Below, piece after piece: positions 23,833-38,034 of a stretch of 51,522 nt of DNA. The number at the start of each line of letters is the position of its first letter. Position 1 is the stretch's first letter. The notes below the pieces were generated by a model. That model did no database searches, had not been told where the DNA came from, and was given only the letters and a program-made list of their open reading frames with translations. Location of the stretch: positions 62,001-113,522 of the forward strand of contig CAJNYD010000024.1 in NCBI GenBank assembly GCA_905331295.1, in the 5' to 3' direction. A program made the position numbers and the translations under genes. This DNA is from Rotaria socialis. Its lineage: Eukaryota.

Positions 23833-25404
23833 TATCGCTTGGAAAATTTACTAACTAAAATCAAAATGATAAGAATAAAAATATGATCTTCCTAGTCGAT
23901 ATCAAAGTGATGGGTATTGTGAGTATGTGCGCGAAAAATGCAGTCTGAAATTATTTAACTAGAACTAAATTATAGTTTTAGTTATGGATGATTTTTTGTG
24001 GTGAAATTCTTTATTTCTTTTTTTATTAGTTTCAGTTGAAAAAAATCTAGTCGAGAAACATTGATGTTAAGGATAAGAAGCTTTTTTATTCATGCTATGA
24101 ATTAAATATTTAAGTAAAAAATTAATCTTCAAAGTGATGATTATTGAGTCGTGCTAAAAAGAGCTTTAACTTATAGTAGCCACTACTCATAACATCTTGA
24201 ATCGCATCAAGCACTCGCGTTTAAGGATAAATCTCATTCATTTATAATATATGTTCTATTGGTTAACTCATCAAAAACTATTTCTATGCATGCATTCTAC
24301 TAAGCAGAATGTATAAATTATTTGATCTGTTAAAATAAGATCGCTTTTTCTTTTCAATACACTCTATTAAATCTAGCCTATTACATAATCTATTTAGGTT
24401 TGTCCCCATATTAATATCATTTTTCATTTTTTATTGCGACCTTCCACTTTGCAAACATTCTCTTTTCCCTTCGAACAAGGTTAAATGTCTACAGTTAAAA
24501 CAGCACGACTATTACACACTAGGTAAAAGCAACACTATTAATCATAGACTTACATTTATTAGTATTGTAAATTATTTGATGTTGATAGCTAAGAGATAAA
24601 AAGTTAATATAAACTTTATCTAGAAAATAAAATATCTTTGATCTACGAATGTCTTTTCTTTTCTTTTTTTTGTTTCTCAACAGTATAACAATGTAAAATA
24701 AAAACGAAAACAAAGACAATATCTAAAATACGAAAAGAGCAACCATAATCAACAAGTTAGCTATCATCTATTCCATTGTCCAGAAAAAACAAAATCGAAT
24801 AACAAAGAAGAAAACAAATAAACAAAAAAACAGAATCTGTTGTTGCTTTTTATTTTTATTTCTTCTTTTTACTAGCGTTCTTTTGTTTCTTCTTTTTTTT
24901 TGCTATTTATCGTTTCTTTTATCGTTTACGGTTCTTGAAAAATTAGTCTTTTTCGTTAAAAACACACACACACGCATAGTACAATATGAACAAGCAAAGC
25001 AACTTAGGCAGCTTGATAATTACACGCGAGATAGAAAAAAAGAAAAAAACAACAACAAGAAAAAAGACAGAAAAAAACGTTTTCCTATTTACACCGGGTG
25101 TTCATGTGGAGAGAACAAGAAAACAACAAACAACAAACAACAACAACATTTTTTTATGGACGTCTGTGTAAGTGTGTGTGCGTGTATATATAGAAATTTT
25201 TTCTAGTTTTCCCGAACAAAAAAATACATTCTCATCTCGCGCATATATCAAAATCGTTCATCGAAAGGAAAAAACCATAAGCGAAACAAACAAAGAGTAA
25301 CAACGGGATGTGTTTATGTATTGTAGAAAGAAAAGAAAAAATTTCGAGTTCCTTATTTTTTTTTAATTTGTGCATGTGTGTGTGTGTAATGTTTTAAGAA
25401 TTGT

Positions 25405-27658
25405 CTAACTTCGAGAATACGGATGATAAGTAGGACTGGCAACAATGGTTGTTTTGGATTTTCCATGGTGATTGTCGTGATCATAATCATTTTGATTACC
25501 CGGTGAATTACCTGTTTGCTGTCCAGTAGCACTATCGCCCATTGTACCACTCATACCTGTATTCATTGATGGATAGTATGAGGAATAATCATAGCTAGCG
25601 CTATAGGCTATAGAAAGGAAAAAATGGATTTTAAAGGCAAGCAGTTTAAAATTTACCATTGGGTTCAGCATAAACACCTGTTGTTTGTGGAGCCCCGTAA
25701 CCATATTGAGAGTAATAATCGCTGGGATTTACTGCTGTGGTCGATGATGTATATTGATACTGAGAATTCGATTGATGCTCTGGATATTGAGAATAAGATG
25801 ATGGTCCAGGGCTAGGAGCACCTGTTGAACCAGAACTACCATATGGGTATGTTGCAGGATTTGCCTGTTGATTGTATGTGTAAGCATTCCAATGAGTATA
25901 GCTAGAAATGTAGTGATAATTGATTCGGTACTATTAGAATGTCTTAAAAATGATTTTGTATGACAGTCTTTTATTTTGATTGATGATAGACAAGCGTGCT
26001 TGATAAATTATATCTGGTATTTTTATCTAGAGAAATTTTATATTACGAATCCTTATCTTTAACAAGAGGCCTATGGAACGCATCTAATGATCAACAAGAA
26101 ATAAACGAACGTCGAAGAATCATCCATCATCTACTGGATTATTATTTATATATAATACTAATCTAATTCCACTGTTTTTTCTTCATTATATTAGAATTTT
26201 ACTTATGTATCTATTACTATAAAACCTGGCACGTACGCTGAAATTTTCAAAATTCTAATCTTTTAACATAAACAGTAACCTTGTTACAAAGTGCAATACG
26301 ATATCTAAGATCAATTTAAGAAGATTGCATAAAAATGCAAAAAATTCAATTATAAAGTGCATTCAGGTATGGCCCGAAGTCATCCGGATTGATTAGGCAC
26401 GCATATTTTGTTTTTTGACAGTGGGTAAGCAAACAAAAAATTTTTGCCAGGTAGAAAAAAAATTCTTTTAGTGTCCTAACTATAGATATGTTTATTTCTT
26501 ATTTTATGATAAAGATAATCAACAAACGTTCTTACGCATCCTGTGTTTGATAAGCAGCACTTTGGCCATACGATGGTACGCCAGCTCCATAATTTGAATA
26601 CGTAGCTTGCTGTCCGTATGGATCATAGATTTGTTGTTGCAATTGTTGGTGTTGTTGATTGTTCATTGTTTTTGGTTTAGCACGTTTAACATCAACACTG
26701 ATATCGCCAATGGTATGTCGTTGTAAACGAAGTACTTCTTGTGCTGCTTGTTCAGTTTGAAATGAAATAAAACAGAATGGACGTCGTTCATTTTTTTCTT
26801 TATCGTATGGTAGATCGATTTCTATTTCAAAAAAATAATACTTTTATTTTTTACATCAGTCTTTATTCATATCTTTTACCATCAATTTGACCAAATTTTG
26901 AAAAATATTCTCGTAATTTTGTATCAGGAAAACTTGGATCAAGGCCACCAATGAATACTTTACGATTATTACTATACGGATTTGCACTAGCACCTGCGCC
27001 CATCATCATATTGGTATAAGGCACTGCTGATGTTGGGCCAACACCATATAGAGAAGATTGTGATGATACATTATTATTAGTAATATTATTCATTTGATTG
27101 TTAGCTGCATTTAGACGACGATGTGCTGGTTTCGGATCAACTCTACGTCCTTTAACAAAATGATCGTTTTGAGAAAGAATTCTTTCAACAATATCTTTGG
27201 AATCGAATACGAGAAAAGCGAAACCACGACTACGTCCTGTTGATGGATCATGTTTAATTGAGCAATCAAGAACATTACCAAAACTAGAAAAATATTCACG
27301 TAAATCTTCTTGTGTTGTATCCCACGTCAAACCACCTGAAAATAAAACAATATATTCGTATTTCTTTCACTTTCGATCTTACTCCTCTTTCTTTATTGGA
27401 AAACTTACCAACAAATAATTTTCTTTCATCTTCAGGTTTTGAGCCAGACGATGCGCCAGCACCACTCCCACTGCCTTGCGAATAACCTGTTTGTGATAAG
27501 TTTACATTCTGACTATCATTTATATCAACACTATAACCGTTTTCACCTTGGCCGTTATTGGTATGTTCAATATAACCACTATCACGAGCCGGTGATGCTG
27601 ATGATATTTGACCGATACGAGATGTATCGAAGTCATTATCCGAATGTCTTGTCGTCAT
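25405..27658 (-). CDS. hnRNP A/B/D (squid)-like RNA-binding protein with 2 RRMs and a Y/Q/G/S-rich tail, 5 coding exons
   Basis: Exons 27658-27409, 27335-26880, 26821-26536, 25901-25657 and 25607-25405. RRM1: RKLFVGGLTWDTTQEDLREYFS...TGRSRGFAFL. RRM2: KVFIGGL...EIDLPYDKEKNERRPFCFISF. C-terminal YHPY resembles a PY-NLS. Confidence 0.9.
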
Positions 27659-28688
27659 TTTATATGAACTAGATTGAAGAGACAGAGAGAGAGAAATGAA
27701 AAAAAGGAAAAATGAATAACCTAGTTTCTTTTGATCGATAATTGTCATCGGAAATTTTCATTAATGAAGTACTTACATGATGTGTGTGCGTGTATATGTA
27801 ATAACGAATTTATTTTGTTAATGTAATTAATGCACAAAAAGGGAAGTTGAAGCAAACGAACGCTAATATGTAGGAATGAAAATCGAACAAAAAACTGCAC
27901 ACACGAATAACTGTAGCAGTAGGTAGAACGAGGACAAAGACTGTTGTCTGAAATAACGAAAACAAATATACATTAAAAAAAATAAACAAAAAAGAAAAAG
28001 TCGAGGAAGACAAATATTTAGTTTGTATATGAATACAGTTCAAGTGATTGGTCAATATTGAATAGAGATAAGACCAAAAAATCAAACTAATGAGAAGAGA
28101 TAGTTTTTCTCGATCGATTGTGAAACAATAAGATTATTGGCTTTATAATCACTTTATTCATAATGCAGACATTAAAACACGTGTCAACCGAATAATATGA
28201 TCGTTATTGTTATTAAAAATTTCTTTTTTCCAATCATATGTTGTCACTGTGTGTTAGAGAGTGCCATGTTAGAACTCGGGCTATTTGACTCGATCAGGAT
28301 GTCCGTTTGAATAATTAAGCTCAACATTTTTTTGATTTTGAAAAATTAATTAAAGACTGAAATTCTTCTTCTTTAATTAAGAAGAAAAATTCTTATCGCT
28401 GTTAATAGTTAATTCTATTATGTGTGCGACATCTTTATTGTAGATGCCGACGTTAGTTAGTTAGTTCGTTTTAGCACAATTCCGAAACGTACGGCATTAT
28501 CACACTGTGATAGACGATAGGACAATTAAGTGTAATTTCTACATGATTATTTTTCTAGTACATTTAATTTCAATATTATAGTGTCAACTAGTTTGGAAAT
28601 ATATACGCATGTTGATAAATACTTGAGCTTGCTAAGATAAGTATTTTTAGCAATGTCAACATGAAACAAACCACATATCTCTCAGCAG

Positions 28689-29358
28689 TAGGGACTTCAC
28701 CAGAAAAAATTGTAGGTGGGGGGGGNGGGGGGGGTGACGGCAGTAACGTCACTGATCTTGTCTTGATGTTTGTTATATCATGCATGTTTTTTTTCTCCTC
28801 TGTGTTGTTCTCTCTTATTGCTTATTGTCGCACTTGTTATTTTCAACATTGGCACCTTTTTTTTTGTTTTTCGCGCTTAGACTCAGAGAAATGAGATATA
28901 ATTACTCTCTTTTTTTTACTCCTCAAGTTTCCTAGAAGCTTCTTGATATATCTTTCTTCACTGAGATACACTAATTCTTCTTTTTCTTCTCTGACTACTA
29001 CTTTTCTTCTTGATCAATTACATACTACCTTTTTCTTTACAACTTGATTGTTCTTTACAGTCGTTCGAACTCGTGTCAGCTATTTGCTTGTGGAGTTCTT
29101 ATTATTATTCTCAACTATTTCTGTTCATTGAATAAACAATTGGATCTTCATCCAATATTCAATACTATTCTATTTTCGTTGTTGCCATTCTGCTATAATC
29201 AATACTGTGGCACCTGGCATTATTATTAGTAGCGTCTCTGATCCTCATCAAGGCGTTACAGGAAGCTAAACTTATTTTTTTTCACAGGATTTTATTTTTT
29301 CTAGGGGAGTTAAGACCTCTGTAGGGGGGGGGGGCTGAGCCCCCTGGCTACGCCCCTA
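28689..29358. mobile_element. Degenerate non-autonomous hAT-like element
   Basis: Left end TAGGGACTTCACCAG matches the reverse complement of the right end (TAGGGGCGTAGCCAG) at 11/15. Flanks CTCAGCAG (28681-28688) and CTCAGAAG (29359-29366) match 7/8 as a TSD. G-tracts near both ends. Confidence 0.7.
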
Positions 29359-31504
29359 CTCAGAAGTCCATATCTTTGACCAATATTTTCTAAGGCAAAA
29401 CAGAAAACACAATATCTCGGATAATAAAAGTAACAGACATGCTGTATTTCACAGATCCAAATGATACAAACTGAATGACAGAATTGGGTATTGACATATT
29501 GGTTTTCTTTACGTTCCAAACTCGAGTAGTAAATTATTTTCTTCTGAAAACAACACTGTCAACAATGAGTACATTCGAACCTTATGCTAACTATGACATA
29601 TAAAGTTCGTAATGTTCTTCCGATAGAATAGAATATAGGTAGTTGAGTTAGGGAAATAGCTGTCAAACAGGAAACCCCCAAAACATTGGTTAAGAAATCC
29701 TTCTATATGATACTCTCATCCCAACATGAAAAATAGAGCTGTTACAATGAACTGAAAGCGTACCAGTAAAAGTAAGGTCCTCAGTGCATTAACATAATAA
29801 TTAATTGAATAACATTTAATTTATGTGATAATTATGAATTTCCATTGAAGCGAAGACTTTCACGTCAAAGATTTGTTATCTTATTCGTTGATGACAAATC
29901 GGTAGTTGAAATGTTTTCTACGATATCATTACAGTTGGAGACAGTTTTTTTTTCAACTAGGGGATGATCGGCCTTACCCTAACAAATACAAAGGGCTATT
30001 AGAACTCTACTGGTTCCGATACTAACAGTATCATGTTGAAAAAAATTCTGTGTTGCAAGTGAAGTGACTTTTTTGGAAATTTTTGTGTTAAAACTAAACA
30101 TATATGTTGAGAAGAACGATAAGCATTGTTTTTTATTAATCAAAATTAACTTGCTGAATGACTGTCCTATCAGTAGTGTCACATTCTATAATAAAAATTG
30201 AATCGACTTTCTCTTTATTATTACTTGACTCGAAAATGATCTGTTTTATTTAAGAAAAAATAGCATAGAAATTACTGTATTAGAGTCATTTATTTTTAAA
30301 TTCAACCAGAAAAAACTATTTATAATATTGATTTCTATTTACTCAACTGAGATGTCAATAGTAGTTTCTTTCGCAAAATTAGTGGTTAAATTTATTCTGA
30401 TGAAAGCATTAGGCAACATCGCTCATCAAAACGAGAATAAGAAAAAACATAAATAAGCACTGTTACATATGATAAATCTTACAGAAAGAATTGTAATTTG
30501 ATCAATTTAAAATGGATAAAAGAAAAGCAATGGTCAAAACAAAGTTTATTTTTCATATTATTTGATTTTGATTAAATTTTACGGTAGTTCTAGAACACAT
30601 ATTGATAATATGGTAATAAAGTTGTTTCGCATGAAAGAAAAACTATTCGAATAGGAAATATCTCGACGCATAGAACATATATCTATTTTGAAAACGTTGA
30701 TTACTATGATAAGATAAATCAATAAAAGAAATGGCAAATTCTTTCATACAGATGGTCACATGATTTATCTTGAGCATAGATGTAATGGTGTACTCCAAAG
30801 TTGTTCTTCGGCGACAATGAAGACAGATGTTTTGTTTGTATTATTTTCGGCTTCTATCTTGATTAATTGTACAAACAAGATCAAGGAGGGTTATAGTTAC
30901 TATGAAGGGCTTCTAATACTGATATATTACGAGATAATTATCTGACATTTAAACTAAAAAGTTATTCTAAGACAACAACATCAATTTAGAACTGCTGAAT
31001 AAATTCAGAGAGTATTACATGATGTGGATTTTTAATATGTAACCAAGGTGTAAAAAAGAATAGTGTTAAATGGCGTTGCCGAATACTCTGGGGTATCAAT
31101 ATTTATATAGCTATAAAAAGAAGTGTTCGCCTATGCTCGAAGCATAAAATCATTATTCGTTCATATTAAATCTTTATGAACGTTACAATTTTTGCAAATA
31201 CTGGTTGAATTACAAATGGAGACTTTCAATTAAACAACAAAACTGATTGACTTGAATTTGTTGATGATATCAATAAAAATCCTTTTCTGGTGTGCTAATG
31301 AATAAAACATGTTTTGTGCAAAAAAGAGAAAGATTGAACAAAACTTGTCGAATCATTACTGTGAAGCACACATGAAATACAAAAACAAACAGAAGAGAAA
31401 TTTGAAGGTCACTCGGTAAGATATACTCAATAATTCAGCCCGATGGAAGGATAATTATAAAATATATAAAAAGAAGACAAAACTCCATGGGTCAAATAGT
31501 AAAC

Positions 31505-31537
<33 letters not shown>

Positions 31538-31641
31538 AACGAGAAAAGATAATGCTTTATTTTTTTAACTAATTCTACAATTGAAATATCTCGTTTTGTT
31601 TCGTTGCGTAATTAATCGTAATAGACAAATCATAGATTATA

Positions 31642-33307
31642 TTAGAAATCTGATGCATACACATTTGGTCTTGATTGTACATAGCAAACAGGCGCATTTG
31701 CTGTTGTATGTGTATTATGTGATGGTGTAACTGCAACTGCATAGTTAACACGTGGCACATTAGGTGTCGATGGTATGATGCTAAAATCAAATGAAATATT
31801 TTTAAAAAAATGTTTGATTTCGGTTCTTTTTGATTTATTCATTTAATAAAAAAAAAGCGATTCGAGTATAGAAAAACTAAACCAAGTGGAATTGTTTTTA
31901 CGTATGAGTAGAACAAAAGAAAAGTAAGGCTATTCGAAACAATAGTAGATCTTATTATCTTAAGGGTGTGTATATCTTCAATGTTTGTAGACATTACATA
32001 GAACCTTGTATTAAAAGTTGATTACAAGGTTGCAAGCGCTGATTTATATAGCGGGAAAAAGATCATAAATTATAAATCCAGAATATAGATTTACTATGTA
32101 GCTATATGATTTTGTTTTATATTTGCATTTACCTGACACGAGTTACATGATTAACATGATTTTTCATCACTTCTTGAACATTATCATTCGAATAAAGTGA
32201 CATAGGTGAATTGTATTGACGATTGACAAGACCGCCTGGCTGTACTGATGATGGTCGATAAGGTTGTCGTTGTTGTTGTTGTTGATGTTGTTGTTGTGGT
32301 TGTCTTGTCATTGTTACATATTGCTGATGATTACGTTGACGTTGTGCATCATTTATGTTTCTTTTTTGAACAATTGGATAAGCTGCAACCTTCTTTTGAT
32401 AAGAAGGCAAATAAGCATTAGATTCATGGTTTGATGAATTTTGTGCTGGTGAACTGTAGTTATTATAGCGAGCAGATGAATACGAGAAATCCGCTGGTGA
32501 TGCATTAGATCCGTTAATTCGTTCCGTATGAAAAATCGGCGGTTGCGTATAACCACGCGTTTTAGTTGATACTGACGGAACTGGACCAGGCATAAGAGGA
32601 CTCCCTGTTTGACTAAGTAACGGCTTAGGATCGGCTATTCTCTCCAATGCTCGACTTCGGTAAAGTGTCTGAAATAAAATTTTATCTCATTGAAATATAG
32701 AAGTTTATTTTATTTTTTACTGTCGTTTAAATTACCGTAGGAGCAGGTGGAGGATTAAATCCAGTTGCTGTTGCTTCTGACGAAGGCCAATATTGATTGA
32801 AATTCTTTTCTAAATATGAAGTGGCATTAGTTAAAGACCACGGCATCGCTGATGTTGGACGTTGTTGATACATAATCGATGCAAGAGGAGTTAATCCTCT
32901 AAAAGAAGCAAAAAAAAACAGGAAGAATTAGTCATAGGTAAAATGTTTTTCTTCTTGTGATTTATTATTCAATTAAACCTTTGTACGAGAAATGATACTT
33001 GACCACCAGCCCGCTGTACGATTGCAAGAGCTTCAGCATGTTGCATTCCACTGATTGGTCTATTATCGATTTCATGAATAACATCACCACGATGAAGAGC
33101 ACCATCAGCAGGACTACCAGCAGTTATCTAAATAAACATTTGCATTACGTTGATACCAAATACTGAAAAAACGTTTAGAAAATTTCGACATACTTTATTA
33201 ATAGCAAAGGGCATACAAAAATCGGCACCTCCTTGTAACCGAAAACCCCATGGAGTGTGCAAACTATCACGTTGAAGTGTAACGTTGATCGCTTTTGTTC
33301 CCTCCAT
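31642..33307 (-). CDS. PDZ + ZM (Zasp-like motif) protein without LIM domains (Alp/Enigma family, Zasp66-like)
   Basis: ATG at 33307. PDZ: PWGFRLQGGADF...K|ITAGSPADGALHRGDVIHEID...HAEALAIVQRAG. ZM motif LVNRQYNSPMSLYSNDNV in exon ~32134-32668. The last exon ends ...VYASDF-stop at 31642. Confidence 0.85.
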
Positions 33308-35389
33308 TATCCGCTGTCTTTAGTCAAGAATCTTTTCAAGAATACAAAGAATCCAGATAACTGTGAAACGTCCTTCTTTTCCAGCCTCTCGTTGTCTCTC
33401 TCTGTCCTTTTTTTTCGTAGTATTGTATTTTGCAGAACAGAAAATCCGACTATTCTCTGTATTTGTTCTTGAACTTTCCTTTTCTCCTGATTGACGACGA
33501 TACCAACATATTTTCTCATCTAAACAGCAAACTTGCCTAACGGGATAACTTTGTAACTAATGAAAATAATAACGACATCGGTTGTAGCAGCTTGTTTTTT
33601 CCCTTCATAGGCATCAAATATCCTTCAATAAATTCTCTCTATTCTTGCGTTCTATATCATAGAACACATATGGCCTCTCTTAGGAAAACCGAAAGCCGTT
33701 CTCAGAACGCGCCAGAATATAGTATAATGATAGCGAGATGATAGAACGATGAAACGCTTTGTTGTCTGCCTACGCCCATCTGTAGTTTATGTCTCTTCAA
33801 TATTCCAAGTAATACTCAGCTACGTCGGCGCGTTACTTTGTATGTTTTTTTGCTTTTGAAAGTCATGTCATAGAAAACTTGAGAATGGCAACAACAGCAA
33901 AAGCAACGATCGCAGCTAAATCTTGTCGAAGATAAATAATCTTAGTAGCATTCGTCTCTCAACATATCGCAAGATACCGTCATAAACACACAAAAAATAG
34001 ATACTTGTACGTTATAAGCAGATCAACTAAATAAGATACTTACACATATACATGTTCTCGCTATTTGTATCCTACTAGAGTGAATAGTAACTATCAGAAA
34101 GAAGCCGAATTTATTATTATGCAAATGTTTACTAGAAAAAAATATTATTTTAAGATATTGAGTACTTTCACTAATTTATCACAGTTGGAAATATACGTTC
34201 GTAATGATAATACAGCAAATAACTCGAAGATTATTTATATGTTTGGGTACTTTTACATTGACAGATAATCTTTTATACGAGAAAATAAAAGAAAACAGTG
34301 ACCTTGTCATTCTATGTTAAAGACTCTGAGTGCGTATGCCTGCCTTTTCTCTTAAACAACCAATAATCATGTTTATATGGCTTTTCTTTTGTTTAAACAT
34401 TGGAGTCAATATATTAGGACAATTATTTTTCTCAAACATAATATTATTAGTTTGATTTCAATCACAAATCAAAACTATTGCATAAAATGGCATACAATAA
34501 TAAGATCAACTTGAAGGTCAGTAATAATAATATATCGCTGATATGCAAAAATGGTCTCTTCTTCACTCGTCTTTGACTCACAGGAAAGATGTAAGGTTCT
34601 ATTTTAATTATTTTCGAATATGCCTCTGATGAAGTTTTCAATCCGAGTCAATGAGGATAACAGCAAAAGAGTCTGGCTATATACTATTCGTATCGCGGAC
34701 AATAATTATCTTCATTTATAAATTCAAAAGACATTCTACAATTTAAGACATCAATCTAATTCCTATTTTTATCGCTAGTTGTTTCGTTTTACGACTCGTC
34801 AATGAAACCTGACGATGTGCTAAAATCAATGAAGTTGTAATACAGAGTCGAAGATGAGAATAGGCTTTGCTTTCAGTGACTTTTTCGAAATTGCCTCCGA
34901 TCAAGTACAGTGTTCGTATAGTTGAGTAATACTCATCATCACACTCTCTAATCGTGTCAGACTTGACGGAAGTAGACACATGAATTCCTACTATCATTAA
35001 CAATAAATCTAATGAATGTGTAGTTAGTACAATTTATTTGTATTTTCAAAAAAAAATAAAATTCAACAACTCAATCAATATATATATATATATATATATG
35101 AATAAACGTAATCGAGAAAAAATAATTTATAAATGTATATGCAGATATTGTCATTATGCAGTTGTTTATTTCGGCAAATAATTTTCATCAAATGAATCGT
35201 TGGAATCTTCCTAAAAATATATTAAATCAACGTAAGGATTTTGGCATCTAATTGATATGACTAAGCACGAGTATCCGTAGAAAAAGAACAAGCAGAGTGT
35301 GCTTTAGAGTGCATCATTTAAAAAAACAAATATATGTATATATAATCAATGCATCAATGACACTTGCGCGATTCTTAGCGATTGCCTTT

Positions 35390-37990
35390 TCATTGAATGA
35401 TACATATTGTTGAATTTTTTTTGTTGATGAACGCTTCGTTTTCTGTCCCATTCCCCGTGCCATTACAGCTAAGAATTGCTTTTGAGTTTATCATAGGAGG
35501 ATTATTTTCATTTGATTGGTCATTATTATCGTTTGCAAATTCTTGATTTAGTTTCTTTTTTGCTTGCGGAGAACTCTTAACTTGCAAAGGTGGTTGTGGG
35601 CGATCATCTGGAATTTTTTGGCCATTTTGATTCGGTCTATCAATATTTGCTGGAGGCGAACTCCAGTCATTACTTGGTAACGGTAAAGTATTAGCAGAAT
35701 CTAATTTTAGACTCAAACGAAATGATACTGAAGTACGTCTTTGCTTTAATGCGATTTTTCGATGATATTCGTTCCACTAAAGATAGATAACAAAGTTCTC
35801 GTTATTTCATACAAACAAGAAAATCTTGATTTTCAAGTGTCCTACAAGTTGCTGTTAGATATTAGTCTTCTTCAATAATCAACGTCTGAGAGTAAATCGA
35901 TAGTCAATTGTAAAGAAGACTTCTAGAAGCTGGAGAAGAAAATAAATGAGGAAACATCGGATTCGCATCTGATTGTTATGTGTACTGCAAAAACGGAGTC
36001 GATTTATATATGTTTTGAACAATTCTAAGAAAAAAGATCCCTGTATCCCCCCCCCTCAGGGATGGTCTGGTGAATAATGACAATTTTTTCGATAACTAAG
36101 CCATTTCTTGACGGATCCTTCTCATCTTCGAACTCGACTTAGATATTGATGAGACAATTCTGTGCATAAAATTTCAGCTCAATCGAATGTAATTCTGAAG
36201 AGTTATAGAATAAACGGACGGNGAATAATGACAATTTTTTCGATAACTCAGCCATTTCTTGACGGATCCTTCTCATCTTCGAACTCGACTGACATATTGA
36301 TGAGATCATTCTGTGTACAAAATGTCAAGACAATTAGATGAGGCTTTCAAAAGTTATCGTGTTAACACGGCCGGACACACTGACCGAATCTAGAGTGTAC
36401 TCATTTTTTGAGTACACAAAAAAAGAATATAAACAGTATTTTTTTAATACTTACATATTTTCGTTTATCTGCATTTGATTGTTCTATATCTTCGGCGTAT
36501 TCTTGTTCTTCGATTCCAAATAAATAAACATCAACATTAGCGTCTTTATTTGCCTATGATACAAAAAATGATTTCTCCTATGTTCATTTTTCTAATGTGC
36601 ATGTGTATCAGCAATAAAATAAAATGTGCACGAAAATTATTATATATGTGAATTTCTACATATATACACAGATAGTTAGTTCTAAGAAAATAAAATAAAA
36701 AATACCGCATGCGTAGTTTTCGTAAATTGGTGACCACTCAATATCTATTAGTAGAGAGTGTGATATAATTTAAGCTGAAGCATACCATCTTGTCAAGAAA
36801 TATACTATAGATCATGCACTAGAAATTAACTTACAGCTGTTGTTGATGCTTTTAGCTTTGTTCCTGAGCTAAAAGAAATGGCTGAAAGTAATTTGTAAAA
36901 TTTTTGAAAATCATGATTATTTTCCCATTCATGACATAATTGCTAGAAGAAAAAAACATCCTAAGTGAGATCTATTAAGAATCTTGTTTTACTTGAATTC
37001 GTTTTTCTTTTTGCTCAAGACGGTTATATTTTTTCTGCAGAAGTGTCAATTCAGATTTTAATTTTGAATCGCTTGGAGACGCAAAATTCGGTTGAACCAC
37101 TGGTATTAAATTTGTATTATCTTGTTTTTGTTCCATTCTTTTTAAATCCTTAAAATAAAAAAAATTTTCTTTCATCGAACTATTTGATCGTTTTTTATTT
37201 GCATTACTCGAGTAGTCATTTTAAATAAACCAGTATTTGGTTTGCTTTCTTCTTGTAAAGCAAATATTTGAAATATAACAGAACTATTTTGAAAAAAATT
37301 TAACCAATCCTATTGAAACGAAAGTTACAAGTTTGAATAAACGATATCATAAATAATACTTTACTTCATCGATACTTGGCACTGTGATAATACGCGATTG
37401 TTTTACGTTAGCACATACAGCGTGACGGCAAATAACATTTGTTTCAGTAAATTCTGATTCATTAAAAATTTTATAACGTATTCGAATGCCCTTATTGTGA
37501 CGTTCATCACTTATTTCAATATAACGCATAGTTATCTAGAAGATGGTTTTCAATAGTTTTGTGAAATAGAAAAAATATGAAAATGCCACCTTAAAACTGA
37601 ATGGCTGATTGAGAAGTTCTTCGGGTTGATCAATAAATTGTTCATCATTGAGTACTTTACCACTTGATGAACACGGAGAAAGATTGATACTTAAACGACC
37701 TTGCTCCGAGCCCTGGAAAAAAGTTTAAAAATATAATTCGATGAAAATTATCTTCGCATTGCTTTGCAAAAATTTTTGCAATATGGTTTTCTGCTGAAAC
37801 CATTGCTATATCAAGAAAAATTAGAAATCGATCGACCATTATATTCATGTGAAATATTAATCTTAATATTTGGATAAATTCATATTACTACTTATAGTTT
37901 AATTTCTATTACGAATATTTATAGGTATCATCCTCGAAAATGATCGCCATTCTCTAATTGCATTATGCGTCTACCCTAGAATCCAAGAGG

Positions 37991-38034
<44 letters not shown>

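Noticed and set aside
26224..26452. ACCTGGCA...TGCCAGGT inverted pair in an hnRNP intron
   Set aside because: Only 8 bp, with no convincing TSD; could be chance.
35823..35930. Possible alternative terminal exon of KIF28 ([20 protein letters not shown])
   Set aside because: An acceptor-like site exists, but nothing else supports it without transcript data.
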